The notes under the pieces were generated by a model. It searched no databases and was not told the origin of the DNA. It was given only the letters and a program-made list of their open reading frames with translations. The position numbers and the translations under genes are program-made. From Tubulanus polymorphus (Eukaryota; Animalia; Nemertea), in NCBI RefSeq assembly GCF_964204645.1, contig NC_134035.1, forward strand, positions 868,001 to 932,000: 64,000 bases of DNA, written 5' to 3'. Below are positions 37,540-51,220 of this stretch, one piece after another; positions within the stretch are counted from its first letter, which is position 1; each line of letters opens with the position of its first letter.

Positions 37540-39688
37540 GTGTGGGAAAAGCCTTCCGAGGATTCCCTTTTGTCGATATCATTTTCCATGGTGACAACTG
37601 ATATTGAATGACCATCCTTCACAGTTCATACACACACAGCACTGTCAGACGGATACATTCAACGTTCACACCACTTTTTCTTCCTGCGATTCCGCTTTGA
37701 GATTTCGTCGTGGTTATCGAAGTGTCTCGCGCACACTCTAAATTCAACAGGCGAATTCGTCAAATATTAGCATTCCAATCGACGACGGCAACGCAACTCG
37801 CGTACAATGCAACAATACTGACGACAACGACGACCGACCGTAACGGATGATGGTTATGGAATGGTAGAATTTCCCGTCACGTAATTCCGGCAGTTTTTGA
37901 TCGACGGCGCTCGCAGGCCTTTTGTGTTCGGTGTCTTAATTCGCGTATTGTGTGGCGTTGTATAATCTGATTGTAAAAGATTTCTTCGTCTTTTGTTACC
38001 TAATCAGATTTGAGGCAGTCGCTTCGCGGCGTTCTTAACCATTCAAACGCCGCGTCGGATATTTTCGTCGCCATCGAAATTCTGTTTTTATGCCATAACG
38101 CGCATCATTCTAAGGGTGATGCGCTCTGGGCTGTTCGGTATTCTAACGCTCTACATCGGGCTACGGACTTGCCTTGTCTCGATGCGTTTTTGGAACCATT
38201 TTCATGGCTTCGTACGATGGCGCCATCCGCGAAAAATACGCGCTTCGTGTTTTTTTTTTTGTCTTCAAGCATTTCTGCATTGATCGCAAATGTCAATAGC
38301 ACAAACAAGCGTCGGTCTTTGTGTCGGCTTTATTCCGTACGCGACAGTTCAATGCGTTTTGTTGATTAATTTTCTCGACTAAAAAAAAGAAAAGAAGTTT
38401 TTTCGCTGCGCCGCACGTCAAGAGAGGAAAAGTAGTAAAGTCAAGAGAGACGTGTTAGAGATTAAGACGTCTCGAATAGAAGGTTTTTGATGACGCCGTG
38501 AATAGATTTGAAACCGACTTCGCGTTCGTCGTGTAAATTGTATCCGAGTCTGGAACGAACAAAGCTTCGGTTTTGAGAAAATCTTCGTATTTCATTTTCA
38601 GAACGCTCTTCACTTTCTCGTCGAGGATGTGATTTTGAAATATCGTTTATTCATCGAACAAATAACGCGAACTCAGTTTAACGAAGTACTTCCTGTTCTC
38701 CGCAACAGTACCATATGATGTGGAGGGTCGGGCGGGGGGCAGACCTAGGATTCTGTTTGGGGAGGAGCAAGTGGAAAATGAATCCTGCATCCTAGCTCAT
38801 GGAAAGTGGGCTGAGGAATCCTTCAGAACGTTTGGAAAAATTAAGGCTTTCAGATGCATTCTGAAAGCATTTTTAAGACAATTAGAGCAGATACTGTAGA
38901 TATACTGTAGATCTCAAATAGACAACAATTTTCTTTCTCAAAGCTTTTTTTATACTTCAGCTAGAAAAAAGTCGGTCCTTTTTGGGTGCCACTTTAAGGG
39001 GGAGCACATGCCGCTGAGGGTAGATAGACTATGCAGAATGTAACTTAATTGCCATAAAGTATTTGCATTTTTATGTCGTCAATGAGGATATACTTTATAC
39101 TAATCCACACAAATTTACATATACACACGCATACGCACACTCGGGTGTGCTCAGTTTGACCATGTTGTGAACCCTATTAAATGACCACTCATCAAGAACG
39201 CTACAGTAATCTTACATCTGAACTGATCTGTCCTGAAGCGTCATGAGACGAGATGTTTGCTGCGATTGTTTCAACCACAAACGCCTGAAATGTGTGACTA
39301 TTGTCATTCGTCATGGCTATTACGACTATAAATGATATCGGAGATGGCCATTTTGACATGTTCTTATTCATCCGCTGTTAGATTGAGGTTTCAGTTCAAG
39401 ATAGCCCCGAGGCAGTCGTATCGATACTGGTTTTCCTATCAAAGTTTAGCAATATTATGGCCAAAATTGTGGTCAGATAGGATCTGGTCTTTCCCCTACG
39501 GCAGTCAACATTTGATGCAGGTTTCGCCACATTAAAACTTTGTCATCGACTTAGCTCAATATTTGTTCAATATGGCTGCTATGTGTTCAATATGGCTGCT
39601 ATGGCAGTCGTATATACATATTCAAGCAGTTTGTCTTAGGGTGTCAATTTTTAAGTGAGATGGATGTTAACAATAATGAACATGTTAA

Positions 39689-39975
39689 CCCTTTCAGTGC
39701 TGACTAGTTAATACCCTATAGTGCTAGAGATAATTTGAGAATTTGAAAAAATTCCACCCTAGTGTGTTGAATAACGGGAATAGCACTATAGTGCGTCTAC
39801 ACTGCGGTGCGGTGTATCGTTAGTTACTAGTATTTCACTATGTTCGACAGGTGCTGCCATTTTCAAGAGAGATAATTACTAATTACTAATAACATCAATA
39901 CACCGCAGTGCGGTGTACTAGCAAAATCCATCACCGATTCATACACTGCACTGCGGTGTAGACGCACTGAAAGGG
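39689..39975 (+). mobile_element. piggyBac-type MITE family B, complete reference copy (287 bp)
   Basis: TTAA|CCCTTTCAGTGC ... GCACTGAAAGGG|TTAA: perfect 12-bp TIRs, CCC/GGG termini and TTAA duplication. Confidence 0.95.
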
Positions 39976-40543
39976 TTAAGCTGGTATTTCAATACGGCCA
40001 CTATGGGAGTCAACTTGACTGATTTCCTCGATGTAAGCAAGAGAACCCTGACTCTGACTCTTACGCATACCGCGTGCGCACGTAGCCGGATTGAAGGCTG
40101 TAAAATAATAGCGTTATTAATATGCCGAGCATTTTCAGCGCGTAATGACCTGAACAGTCGGAACAAATGAAACCTACTCCGCCGAACAACGAACGAAAAT
40201 GATTCACGCCCGGACGTTTGATTATTCTCTCTCCGAGGCGACACAATAGCGACGCGGGTCCCGTTTCACGAACGCGAAGACGACCCAATCTCGACGAGTC
40301 GACAGCGAAGAATAGAAAGCAATTACAGCGGGTAAACTGCGTCGTAAACGATCGCTTGTTCTCGGCGCAACCGACTACGTTCCATCTTTGCTTTTAATCA
40401 TTGAGATATATTTTCTATCGGCCGGCGTTTAACGTATTCTCATGTACATAGTATGTACATAATGTACATATTATGTACATACCAGTGACCAAGTTATGTT
40501 TTTTGCATCCTATTAAAGTTAGAAAAGCCGCATATGATGTATA

Positions 40544-40770
40544 GCCGCGATAACACATAGACAATTTTACCAATCAGGGCCTAGTCAAATTTGGTCAATA
40601 CCTAATTAATGTGTTCACGCGTAAACCACTCAGTCAATGATAATAAACAATGCTTAGAACAAAGTGAAGTGAGTCACTTCCGGAACCAGTTGCGATAATT
40701 TAAGAGTGTGGACCGGGCCTGGTCCGATGTTTATGGTCACTCGTGTGAACAGTTTTTAGGCCCAAATACC
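40544..40770 (-). mobile_element. Family D MITE, reverse
   Basis: GCCGCGATAACAC; AAGTGAGTCACTTCCGGAACCAG core in reverse. Confidence 0.8.
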
Positions 40771-41404
40771 ATGTTGTTTATAAAAGCTGAATTGTGGACA
40801 AAAAAAAACCAATTTAGTTTTTTTTCATTTGATGAAATGAATATCTGATATATATTTAGGTGGTAAGTGCTTGTAGTTTTGATTGGCTGTAGGTTAGTAC
40901 TCAATAACTCATGGCGCGCGATAGATGGTATGTTAAAAGACATAGTGGAACTGCGCCAATGCCGCCGCCGGCGTATAATGAACGGTATTGTCATGCCTGA
41001 TGGCTGGTATAGACGCCGCTGATTGTTAAGTACCAGCACTTGACAGACAATGGACGTATTGTTGAGCTCGAATTCCATCGGATCTGATGATTGACCCGAT
41101 TGCAGTGCTCTCACGGCGAGCTGTTGTCTTCCCAGCAGTTCTTAACAGCAGCACACAGCGAATAATGATAATAATTGACCGTTTCATATACCAGTTTCTG
41201 TTCTCTATTGTCCAGTAACAGTTAGTCCCCAGGCCGTCCACATGTCGTTATCTCAATTGTGAAACTCTTTATATTCAGCGGTACTGTTCATTTTACCGAA
41301 AGTATATACTAGCAAGTCATCAATTGTGGTGGTTCTCCATTATCATCATCTATACTACATAACTAATATGTCAAGCTTATATTGTTACAATTATCTTACG
41401 TTAT

Positions 41405-41830
41405 AACAAGAGCTGATTGGTTATAGAGCTGTGATTGATCGATGATGCTGATCATAGTGCTGTGATTAGTTGAGCTGATTGGTCACTAGAGCCTTATAGG
41501 AGGCTGAATAGCTATTCACCTCTATGGTGTATGGCGCTCTCCGGTTATAGTGCTGTGAACGGTGGAGCTTATCGGTAATAGTCACTGGAACTGTGTTTTG
41601 TCTTTGGGGATGAACAGCTTATTAACTATGATCTCTAGAGCTGTATAGATGTCTTTGGGGCTGAATAGCTATTCACCTAAGGTGCTGTCTGGTTATAGAT
41701 CTGTGATCAGTGTTGCTGTCTGGTAAAATAACTGTGATCAGTGGAGCTGATTGGCTATAGCTATAGTCACTAGAGCCTTCTTTGGGACCGAATAGCTAAT
41801 CTGCCATGGTCAGTGGAGCCGGTTGTTTAG
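41405..41830. repeat. Degenerate tandem repeat
   Basis: Recurrent GAGCTGATTGGYTATAG, GCTGTGAT and GCTGAATAGCTATTCACCT words. Confidence 0.7.
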
Positions 41831-42504
41831 CTGTGTCGGGCTATGTTATTGAATTTCATATTCACAACACCTCTCCAGTTTCCGATACAACCCCGAACAA
41901 TCTCGGAAACAAAAGTAAATTAATTTCCCCGTTATAGAAAAACAAAAAAGAAAGATGTTAACAACATGCGTATTATACCGATCGGTGGTGCGTTAATGAA
42001 GAGGATTGCGGCATCATCGCAATGAGCGCGCATACCTTCACCTACAATAGTTCTAATATCATTGTTATCTGTTTATAATAGGTTAGTGAGATGAGGGATA
42101 CATTTCTCGGTGAGGTGTTTCGAGCTTACATCAACACTCGCACCCAGTTCAAACACACCACACTCTCTCTCTTTCGAGACCGAATAATCATAATAATTAA
42201 TGAAAGATATCTTTCACCGGCGTTTTTTATATTTTTCAAGCTAGTGAAAAAACGCGCCGTAGGCCGCGTTGCTTTGTTTACACAAAATTTCAAGGTGGAA
42301 TGTGGAAGGTTTTTCTCAACATCGACGATATCACCGCGCTGAGGGGCCGCTATGCTTCTAATTAGGGCTATTATCGCTATGCATGAAAATATATACATAC
42401 CTGTTTTTTTTTTCTTTTTCGATGATGGAAATACTTGGAGAAACCTGGAAGGTTCCTTGAAGAATACCCGCTTGATTTACACTTATTTCAGTAATGCTCT
42501 TGTT

Positions 42505-42749
42505 CGGGGTGGCTGCTGACCTGGATAACTGACGAGAATCAGAAAAATCCGGAAAAATCCAGGAAAACTCGGAGAAGGCGGACATTTTATTGACCATGTA
42601 TTTCTTTATCAGTACATGATTCATGAGAAATGATTTAGTTTTAACATTTTAATCTTAGGAATTCTTCGCTCAAGGAATTTTGTGTAATCACATGTAAAAA
42701 TCAGGGAAAACTCGGGCGATTTGTATATAGGCTGAAAGTGGTCAACCTG
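42505..42749 (+). mobile_element. hAT-like MITE subfamily A2
   Basis: CGGGGTGGCTGCTGACCTGG ... AAAGTGGTCAACCTG. Confidence 0.85.
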
Positions 42750-43724
42750 AATAGTTGTGTTCACACTATCGCTAGTCAGTCTGTTGTTGGAAGGTTGCTT
42801 TCTGGACCGAACTCGGATTTATCGGCGCTTTTAATACGAGACATATACGATCATCTATCTATTCATTATCGATGGGATGAGATTTTAAGAAATATTTGTT
42901 ATTCAATTTTGGGTGTGTTTCATGGTATCATCGCTAACACGTGGTATTAACGCCGATAATTAGAACGAATCCATTCAGCGCCCGTCGACACCGACCTCGA
43001 TTCAATCTCCTTCGCACTCGACTCTCTCCGGGAACTAATGTTATTAGAACAATTACGCGTTGTATATCGGACGGCTTTAATTAATAGGCGTTATATCACC
43101 GCCGAGTTCGTAGATACTTATGACAGATTGAAGCACCCGACGCCGGCGCCAACGGTACCATCTCGTACCGCCACCCGACCTCATTCATCATCGGCGCGCC
43201 GGCGTCCTTTTCAAAATCGAATTTATCTATCGATGATGTTAACATCGCGCGCGCGTGTGTTCGCGAGAGCATCCTTTGAATACCCGTATTGTTTCACGAG
43301 TGGTACTATTTACTTAAGTCATACAATCTGCTTTCTGTTGCTCTATTTAGCGCCGAGTCGGTTTCGCTCGTTTCGTTCGTCTCTCTCTCTCTCTCTCTGT
43401 TTCCGTCGTCGGTTCGAGGGCCCTTCGCGCCGAATTTGGTCACCCATAAATTAAGTTGAATGGGTTATCGATACAAGTTTCTAGAGACAATATCTTCTCC
43501 GATTTCTAATAACCATGGTAACTCGATAACGCGGCGGTCTTTGTGCGACTTCGAACGTGGAAATCTAGTCGAAACGCGTCGTCGAAGTGCCGCTCGCGTT
43601 CGATGCTTTTAATTGGGAATTAGGCCACAACCGTCGGCTGTTTAAACAGTTTTGAACGTTTCGAGTAATTAAGCCGCTAAGTTCGATGACTGTATCATTT
43701 CCCTCTCCAGCACCGGCCCCTGAC

Positions 43725-44218
43725 TTCCTTCTCTCTCTCCCCATCATCCCTCCTTCCTCTCTCTCCCCATCATCCCTCCCTCCCCATCATCCTCCCTCCC
43801 CATCATCCCTCCATCCTCTCCCCATCATCCCTCCATCCTCTCTCCCCATCATCCCTCCTTCCTCTCTCTCCCCATCATCCCTCCCTCCCCATCATCCTCC
43901 CTCCCCATCATCCCTCCTTCCTCTCCCCATCATCCCTCCATCCTCTCTCCCCATCACCCTCCTTCCTCCCCATCATCCCTCCTTCCTCTCTCCCCATCAT
44001 CCCTCCTTCCTCTCTCCCCATCATCCCTCCTTCCTCTCTCCCCATCATCCCTCCTTCCTCTCCCCATCATCCCTCCTTCCTCTCTCCCCATCATCCCTCC
44101 TTCCTCTCCATCATCCCTCCTTCCTCCCTCTCCCCATCACCCTCCCTCCCCATCATCCCTCCTTCCTCTCTCCCCATCATCCTCCTTCCTCTCCCCATCA
44201 TCCCTCCTTCCTCTCTCA
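43725..44218. repeat. Pyrimidine-rich minisatellite (CCCCATCATCCCTCCTTCCTCTCT variants)
   Basis: Direct reading; source of the Pro/His/Ser-rich ORF 43686-44237. Confidence 0.95.
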
Positions 44219-44299
44219 CACACAATCTCATTTGTAGAGCTGTGTCTTTTAGCAGTGTCGGTTTACTCAATTATTTTGTAAGTGTTGCTCAAGGTCGAG

Positions 44300-44525
44300 T
44301 CGCGCAGTCCGTCATGGCTTTTAAGCCTTAAGATTTAAGACCTAGTCTAGGCCAACTTATGTTCTATTATCAATCCAACAACTTAGTCTAAACTCATTTT
44401 GTAGCCCCACAACTTAAGACCAGTCTGAGCTGACTTTTGTTCTATAACTAATCTAACAACTTAAGATCAATCGTATGAATCAAAAGGCCACGATTGGACT
44501 AATTTACTGACTGGAATTGGGCCCT
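44300..44525 (-). mobile_element. Family C2-related Harbinger MITE, degraded
   Basis: TTAAGACC..TCT..GTTCTAT..AATCYAACAACTT occurs twice, reverse-complementary to the 12416 copy; right end GGAATTGGGCCC. Similar remnants at about 30720-30855 and 33095-33180. Confidence 0.6.
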
Positions 44526-45636
44526 TGTTTTATAGCACATCGACAATCGGCAGTGCTGTTATTCGTATCACTGGTGGTAGGGTGTCATCAACAGTACTTT
44601 GAATATTTGCAAATTGTTACAAAATAGAATCGTCCGTTCGTTCTGCTAATGCTCGTTTTAATCATTATATCTATTTCATTCGATGAAATAACGACGAATT
44701 TTAACGAAAACATTTCTTGAATCGAAATTCAAACGAAACCTTTTAGCAGCAGCAGCAGCAGCAGCGGTCGGTGTCAACCGATTTAACCGCGTTTGTGTCG
44801 CGCGTTTCCACATCATCGTCCGTCATCAATTCCGAATCACTGCGTTTCAGACTTCAAAACTACGCGTATAACTTCTTTGAGTGCTTTGCGCGAAAACAAA
44901 TATTTTCATCGTGTCGTCGATTTTCGGTTTTCTGATCCGCGTTCGCTGTTTCTGTCGTTTGTTTTTAAATCGACGCGATTCGCGTCTCGTCTCGCGTTCA
45001 CCTTCTCTTCGTTTTCCGTCGTCGAAGTCTCGTTCGTTCGAGCGTGAATTTACACAAATGTTTTACCGAATTGAACACGCGTCTGAACCGTTTCAGTCGC
45101 GTTCACGGAGTTTCGCACGAGATCAACGTCGTACGGTATTCACGCGACGAAGTTTGACACGATGAGAACATGTGCATCGACAAACGGTTTGCGAAGCTGT
45201 GATGATCGAATTCATTTGATCACTCGATTCTTTTAAATTCGCTAAACGACACGTTTTCAAGTTTTTGAATTCGGTCGTTTCTGTGTTTGAGTGAATCGAC
45301 GACAGCCATTGAAATCACACTTTCATTGATTACTGTACCGATTAAACGTAGACCTCTTGTTAGTTACCGGATGACTAGCGAGACAGCTCCGTCGATCAAA
45401 GTTGGTCAATTTAGCGAAGAATCTTCGCATTTCCATGATCCTTAATTCTGAAACTCACTCTTTTGGAATATTTACATTCCAAATTCTACAAGGTACAGTC
45501 AACTAAAGATTTTTAGGTGAATTACATGCGATTTTGGGGTAAAACAGTTATTTCCCTAATAGACCGCCACTCTGCCTAACGCCATGTTTTGTTTCTAAGA
45601 AGAAATATGTGTAAGTTGTCCTTATTACCTCCATGA

Positions 45637-45921
45637 GCCGCGATCGCGCTGAGACGATTTGGCCAGGGCCGAATCAACACGGATCAGCGGGCCCTAGTCA
45701 AATTTAGCTCATGACTAGTTAGAGAGCGCGTTCACATGAAAACCACTTACTCGATACTAATCCATGCATGAACAAAGCAAAATAATGGTCTGGAACCAGT
45801 TACAATTCACACGCAATAATTTGACCCATGATAAAACTTGGCTCAGGCCTGGTCTGATATTTCTGGTCGGGCCAAACAGGAACGGGCCCATTTAGCAAAA
45901 ATGCTTGTACGATCACACGGC
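45637..45921 (-). mobile_element. Family D MITE, reverse
   Basis: GCCGCGATCGCG start; GGAACCAGTTACAATTCAC..ATAATTTGACC core. Confidence 0.82.
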
Positions 45922-46555
45922 CGTACTCTCTATACCGCCATAACTAAATCATGATGGGCTGTTTATGATAGGTCGACTGTTGGCTGAAACTGCTTGCTTA
46001 ATAAGTAAACGTTCTTTAAGTTTCTAATACCGGTAATCTGATAAACTCTGGTAAACTCAAAGTTTTCGTCTTTTTCTGTTCTACTCAATAACCGTTAGCG
46101 AGAACTTCTAAAGTACATAGCTCCGCTGCGAAGGATTGTTCAATGGTTTGTATCGACGAATGACACGATTGCCTGGACACACAAATTTGTCTTTCACTAG
46201 CGCCGACACGCAGTTTTTCATTGAAAAAACGCCGGACTCTGATTAGAGTAAAATACCCGCAATACGTTTTACGGTTACGGAATTAATTACTCAATTCATT
46301 GTAGCGTATTCCGCGACGACGAGCGCGGGTTTCGCTGGAACGGTTCCGAATCGGTGTCAAATTGGTTCAATTACGAACGAACGAATTAATTGTGAAAAAG
46401 TTCTTCCCGGACTAGTGTGCCGTTAAAACAGGAAAAACCACGATCGGTTTTCTTTTTTAGCTTCTTTGAACTGAAATTTAAGATTGAAATTTTTGAAATT
46501 TCATCTAATTTGGGCAAAACTCATGACAATTTCAGGTTACAGTTTGCATCACGTA

Positions 46556-46735
46556 CAGTGGTTGATCCAAGGGGACCTTTGAGACTTGTACAAGTGCATC
46601 AGATTTTTAAGTGCCCTTTTCCATTTTTTTAACAAAGAGGGTATGGGAGTATGCTTAATATTGCTTTTTTGAACATCGAAATGCCCTTTTGATATGTGAC
46701 AAGTTTTTCACAATTGGCCTCTGTATCTGCCCCTA
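46556..46735 (+). mobile_element. MITE family G
   Basis: CAGTGGTTGATCCA / TGTATCTGCCCCTA degenerate TIRs; homologous to 1660-1831. Confidence 0.65.
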
Positions 46736-49497
46736 ATGTACATCTTCCATTTCTAGAAATACTATAAGAAACAAAAACTGCACGCAGCATCTGAAGAATT
46801 CCAAATCAGGACCAGTTTCTCTCTGCACATACCCAAACAGTAATTGACCATCTTATAGGACACCCGTGAGCTGAAAGGGCCACCATGTAAGGAATATGAC
46901 AGGTTGAGAGTAAAATGGGGGCAGCAGTTGTATCTGGAATGCAGCCCTAGAATTTTAGTCAACAAAATTATTGAGGGAATCATCCCAAAATTTATATCAA
47001 TATACGCCTTTGATTGTGTCCCTGTTGGTGTTCATTAGATTTATGTTTTGTCGATGATCATCCGTTTTGGCGTTTTTCGATAATAATTTCGCGAGTTTAA
47101 TTCTGTCGAGTGCCTGTCGGTATCCGTAGTAACGAATTGATCAAATATTTGCCGCGATTCCGCTCGGGATTCCACCCGGATTCCACACCCACGTTGCATA
47201 CAAAAACATTGTTTTGCATTATTACGAAATCCCGGTGAATCGTTCGTACTACGCGAGACGTTCTCGAGCGAATCGGCGTATCGCCCCGCGAATCGTTGAT
47301 TGAATTAAATCCGTGTCGATTCAACCGTGTACGATCCCACGGGTGATTGTGTTTTTCGTACGGGAAAAAAATCACGATACAAACGTTTCGCGTTTTTTTT
47401 TTATTTTCTTTTTTATGAATGATTCCAGCGTAACTGTCGAGAATGTGTAAACACGCGTTTGTAAATATATGATATTTGGACACGTTTTTCAACTGACGCG
47501 AATTTGATAAATTTAGTCGATTGCGTCATCGTTTTTGCCTCTGTTGTTGATCAGCAGACGCGATGTTTGAAATTTGTTTTATGTTCCGTAAATAAATGGT
47601 TAATACGTGTAAGGCGTGTGTAAGAGAATGTTGATGAATAGTTGTGAAGTTTGTCGACGACGACGTTCTAATGTTTACCCCTCTGGACGCGTTTCCCGTC
47701 TCACGTTGACGGTCAATAGTCGTGATATTTTACTCCAGATTTCGCGATGTATTTGATACTAACGATTAGTTTGTGTATAGAAATTTCTGAACTCGCCCCC
47801 TGTAAATGCAGAAATCCTGTGTACCCGATAACCTTGAAAATAAAGTATATTGTAGGTGGCGCTGGTAGATGTCTCCGCGCGCACTAGTCCTCGACTTTTT
47901 CAACGAATTTGATTGAAAAGTTCGTTTGGTGTACGGATGAAAACGAAGCCCGATTTTATCGATCGGAAATTGTGGGCAGTTGATTTTTCATTGTAGACTG
48001 TGTGGCTGTATGTGTCGGAGAGTGTCAGGTGTGTGCGAGTGTCAAGAACGTCGTCGTCGTCGTCTGTGATTTGGTTTCTTTCGTTCGTTTGTTGATTAAA
48101 CGAGAACTTCGTTCCGTACAAATGAACGCCGTCGACGTTCGACTACAGACGGTCGTCGACGACGGGGACAATCCTAATTACTCGTTCGTCCGTCGGGGTT
48201 GTGGCGAGTGATTGTCCGTCGCTCTGATCACAGGGTCGAAACCAATCGCGTCGTCTTTTTCTACTAATTGTAGTGCCATCGTGGCGTCTTTCATCTCGGC
48301 GTAAATACACACCGATAATAACGCGCTCCGTGACACAACAATGCTCTAAAAACGCGATCCTAAGCGACCGTATTAGCTTAGTTGGACCGGCGTTCGTTTT
48401 TCCGCCAGCATCGCGTATAAAAAATTGTTTATTTCATAGGAAGAAGGAAAGAAGCGTTCTATGAAGTAGCGCTGGTGCTCTTGGTTTTTATTTTCGTCGG
48501 TAGTCCTAGATTACTACCACATTCTCCTCGTCCTTGTCGTGTTCGCCTGATCCTTCTTCATCTCTTCCCCTTTGCTCTAATCCCTCTCGCTGTCCGACCC
48601 ATTTCTCTGTGAATCTCGGTTTTAGGAGATAATTTTGCAAAAACCACATTTCATGACTTAGTAATTTATTCTAATTTTGGCAGTTTCTCCAAAGTTCATC
48701 TGACTCCATCAGAGAAACAAATGATGTAATTTATTTTTCATTTGAAGATAACAATGAAGTGAACAATATAAATGCCGAGCTAACATCAATAAGTGAGGGT
48801 ACAGTCACAGAGCTCAGGCTGTATCAACTTTGGACCAAGCCAAGTGGTGACTGTACATAAATATTACACGAATTATTAGAAATTATTAAGTCATCAACCG
48901 TGAGTTTTGCTAATTAACCTTTACGCTTTGTTGATCCGGTCTCTCACTGTCCACTTCTGTTTCTCTTCCTTTGATAAACCCTTTTCCCATTGTCGTCTTC
49001 CCCTACGTTCCTCATACATATTATGCAGGAAAGATGAACCGCTCTCTGTGGACTGTTTATACATGTTTTTATGCATTTTATTGATGCGTTTTGTTTTTCT
49101 ACGACGACGACGGCTGTAAATGCGGCTCCCTAATATAGAATAGATAAGCTAGATGTTTAAAATTCATCATCCAACCCTGCGGCTGTATCCGAGTTACTTT
49201 TCATCAGCGACTACTTGAAGTTTAATATAACTCAAGAGGCAGTGTATTCGAAAACAGCCTGCGGGCGCGCGCATGATATATCTATGAAATTCATAGCGCT
49301 TGTTTTTCTTATATCGGCGTTTCACCTTTCATTTCATAACAGTAGATATTCCTGTATGTGATGTATCGTATGACATCGATATGTATCAATTGTTCGTCGT
49401 CGATTCATAATCAAACCATCGTTTCATTTTGCAAACTTTCTAATAGAGGTAGAGAGTCGAGACCCGATGACTCAATTGTAGTGCCTTAATCTAAAGA

Positions 49498-49608
49498 GCC
49501 GTGATCGTATGGAGATGATTTGGTCCGGGCCTAATTTGAGAGCGCGCTCACACGTAAACCTACGAAACAATGAGCCAAATTTTTCAAAAACGCAAGTGTG
49601 ATCTCGGC
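49498..49608 (-). mobile_element. Family D MITE, internally deleted with both TIRs
   Basis: GCCGTGATCGTA ... GTGTGATCTCGGC|TTA. Confidence 0.75.
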
Positions 49609-49659
49609 TTAGTTTCATATTGTCATATGGGCTGCAGTACCAAAAAAGACAGCTGGCCC

Positions 49660-50312
49660 TAAATCTAAGCCTTGACTGTGCCACTGACCCCTGGAGGTCT
49701 AAAATCTAAGCCTTGACTGTGCCACTGACCCCTGGAGGTCTTAAATCTAAGCCTTGACTGTGCCACTGACCCCTGGAGGTCTTAAATCTAAGCCTTGACT
49801 GTGCCACTGACCCCTGGAGGTCTTAAATCTAAGCCTTGACTGTGCCACTGACCCCTGGAGGTCTAAAATCTAAGCCTTGACTGTGCCACTGACCCCTGGA
49901 GGTCTTAAATCTAAGCCTTGACTGTGCCACTGACCCCTGGAGGTCTTAAATCTAAGCCTTGACTGTGCCACTGACCCCTGGAGGTCTTAAATCTAAGCCT
50001 TGACTGTGCCACTGACCCCTGGAGGTCTTAAATCTAAGCCTTGACTGTGCCACTGACCCCTGGAGGTCTTAAATCTAAGCCTTGACTGTGCCACTGACCC
50101 CTGGAGGTCTTAAATCTAAGCCTTGACTGTGCCACTGACCCCTGGAGGTCTTAAATCTAAGCCTTGACTGTGCCACTGACCCCTGGAGGTCTTAAATCTA
50201 AGCCTTGACTGTGCCACTGACCCCTGGAGGTCTTAAATCTAAGCCTTGACTGTGCCACTGACCCCTGGAGGTCTTAAATCTAAGCCTTGACTGTGCCACT
50301 GACCCCTGGAGG
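49660..50312. repeat. Near-perfect minisatellite, 41-bp unit x16
   Basis: TAAATCTAAGCCTTGACTGTGCCACTGACCCCTGGAGGTCT; only a T/A variant in two units; no spacers. Confidence 0.98.
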
Positions 50313-50833
50313 TTATAGAATGAAAATGGGTTCAGACATCTGCCCCCTCCCCCCGAATGGTTCAACATTGAGCGATTCTAGCGACCAAAAGACACGAAAT
50401 CTAGATGGCGCTCGGGAATGACATATCCGCTCGCGTATTTGCGACGAGAGAATATTTCGCAAAAATCCGTACGTATTCATTCGCGGTTGAGCGGGTAATG
50501 CAACTGATTTATTGTGAGTAATAGTGCCTTTATTGGTCCAGTGTGATGAAGTCATGTGTAAAATTGCGCGCGGATTTGTTGCAGACTGTTGTGCCAAACA
50601 AAGGTCATCATACGTGGTCTAAGTAGTCGGTGTGTTTGTATGGATTGTCATCGCTGACAGGGACCTTATTAACAAAATCTTTTGCTCAGCCATCTCTCTT
50701 CAGAAGAAACCGATTTGATGGCCACAGAATTCTAGAAATTCATCTCTCTCCGACTTGTCATTCTGGGAACCCGACTTGAATGGCATTTGAAAATCTTAGA
50801 AATAATGTTTCTCTGGTTCAATTTTCTCATATT

Positions 50834-51220
50834 GGTTCTAAGGCTTCCGTTATGAGACTCTTATGTTCATCATTGTCTGCCTATCCGTCTATTTGTATAT
50901 GTGTCTTTCTCAGCTTCGTGAATAGTGGGTCGATCTTGATGAAACTTTGGTACAATGTTAGTATAGGGGTCTAGTTGTGCAGTGTAAAGGATGATGCTCC
51001 ACCTAGTGGCAGAACTAGGAACTTAAAAATGTTTTTCAGTGACATAACCTTCTAAATGAACTGATAACGAAGGAATAGATTCAAAAAGTTGTCTTGACAA
51101 AATTCAACTATTGCCAGTAGATACGATATATTTGAAATGCAATGGGAACTAGCCTCATGCATACGTCGGAGACAACAGATACGAGCCTGAGCCCTAGAAC
51201 CATTGTCGCCTATGGCTTGT
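50834..51220 (+). mobile_element. Helentron-derived/DINE-1-like element (family E), longer copy
   Basis: Subterminal IR GGTTCTAAGGCT / AGCCCTAGAACC, GTCTGCCTATCCGTCT tract, 3' GCCTATGGC hairpin followed by a T-run. Confidence 0.62.

Noticed and set aside
43686-44237. Pro/His/Ser-rich 183-aa extensin-like CDS
   Set aside because: It is the translation of a pyrimidine minisatellite.
48802-48853. Tc1/mariner mini-element (TA|CAGTCAC...GTGACTG|TA)
   Set aside because: It is only a 10-bp inverted match including flanks, is single-copy in the window and may be chance.
49660-50312. CRISPR array
   Set aside because: Units are head-to-tail with no unique spacers, there are no cas genes, and the context is eukaryotic.
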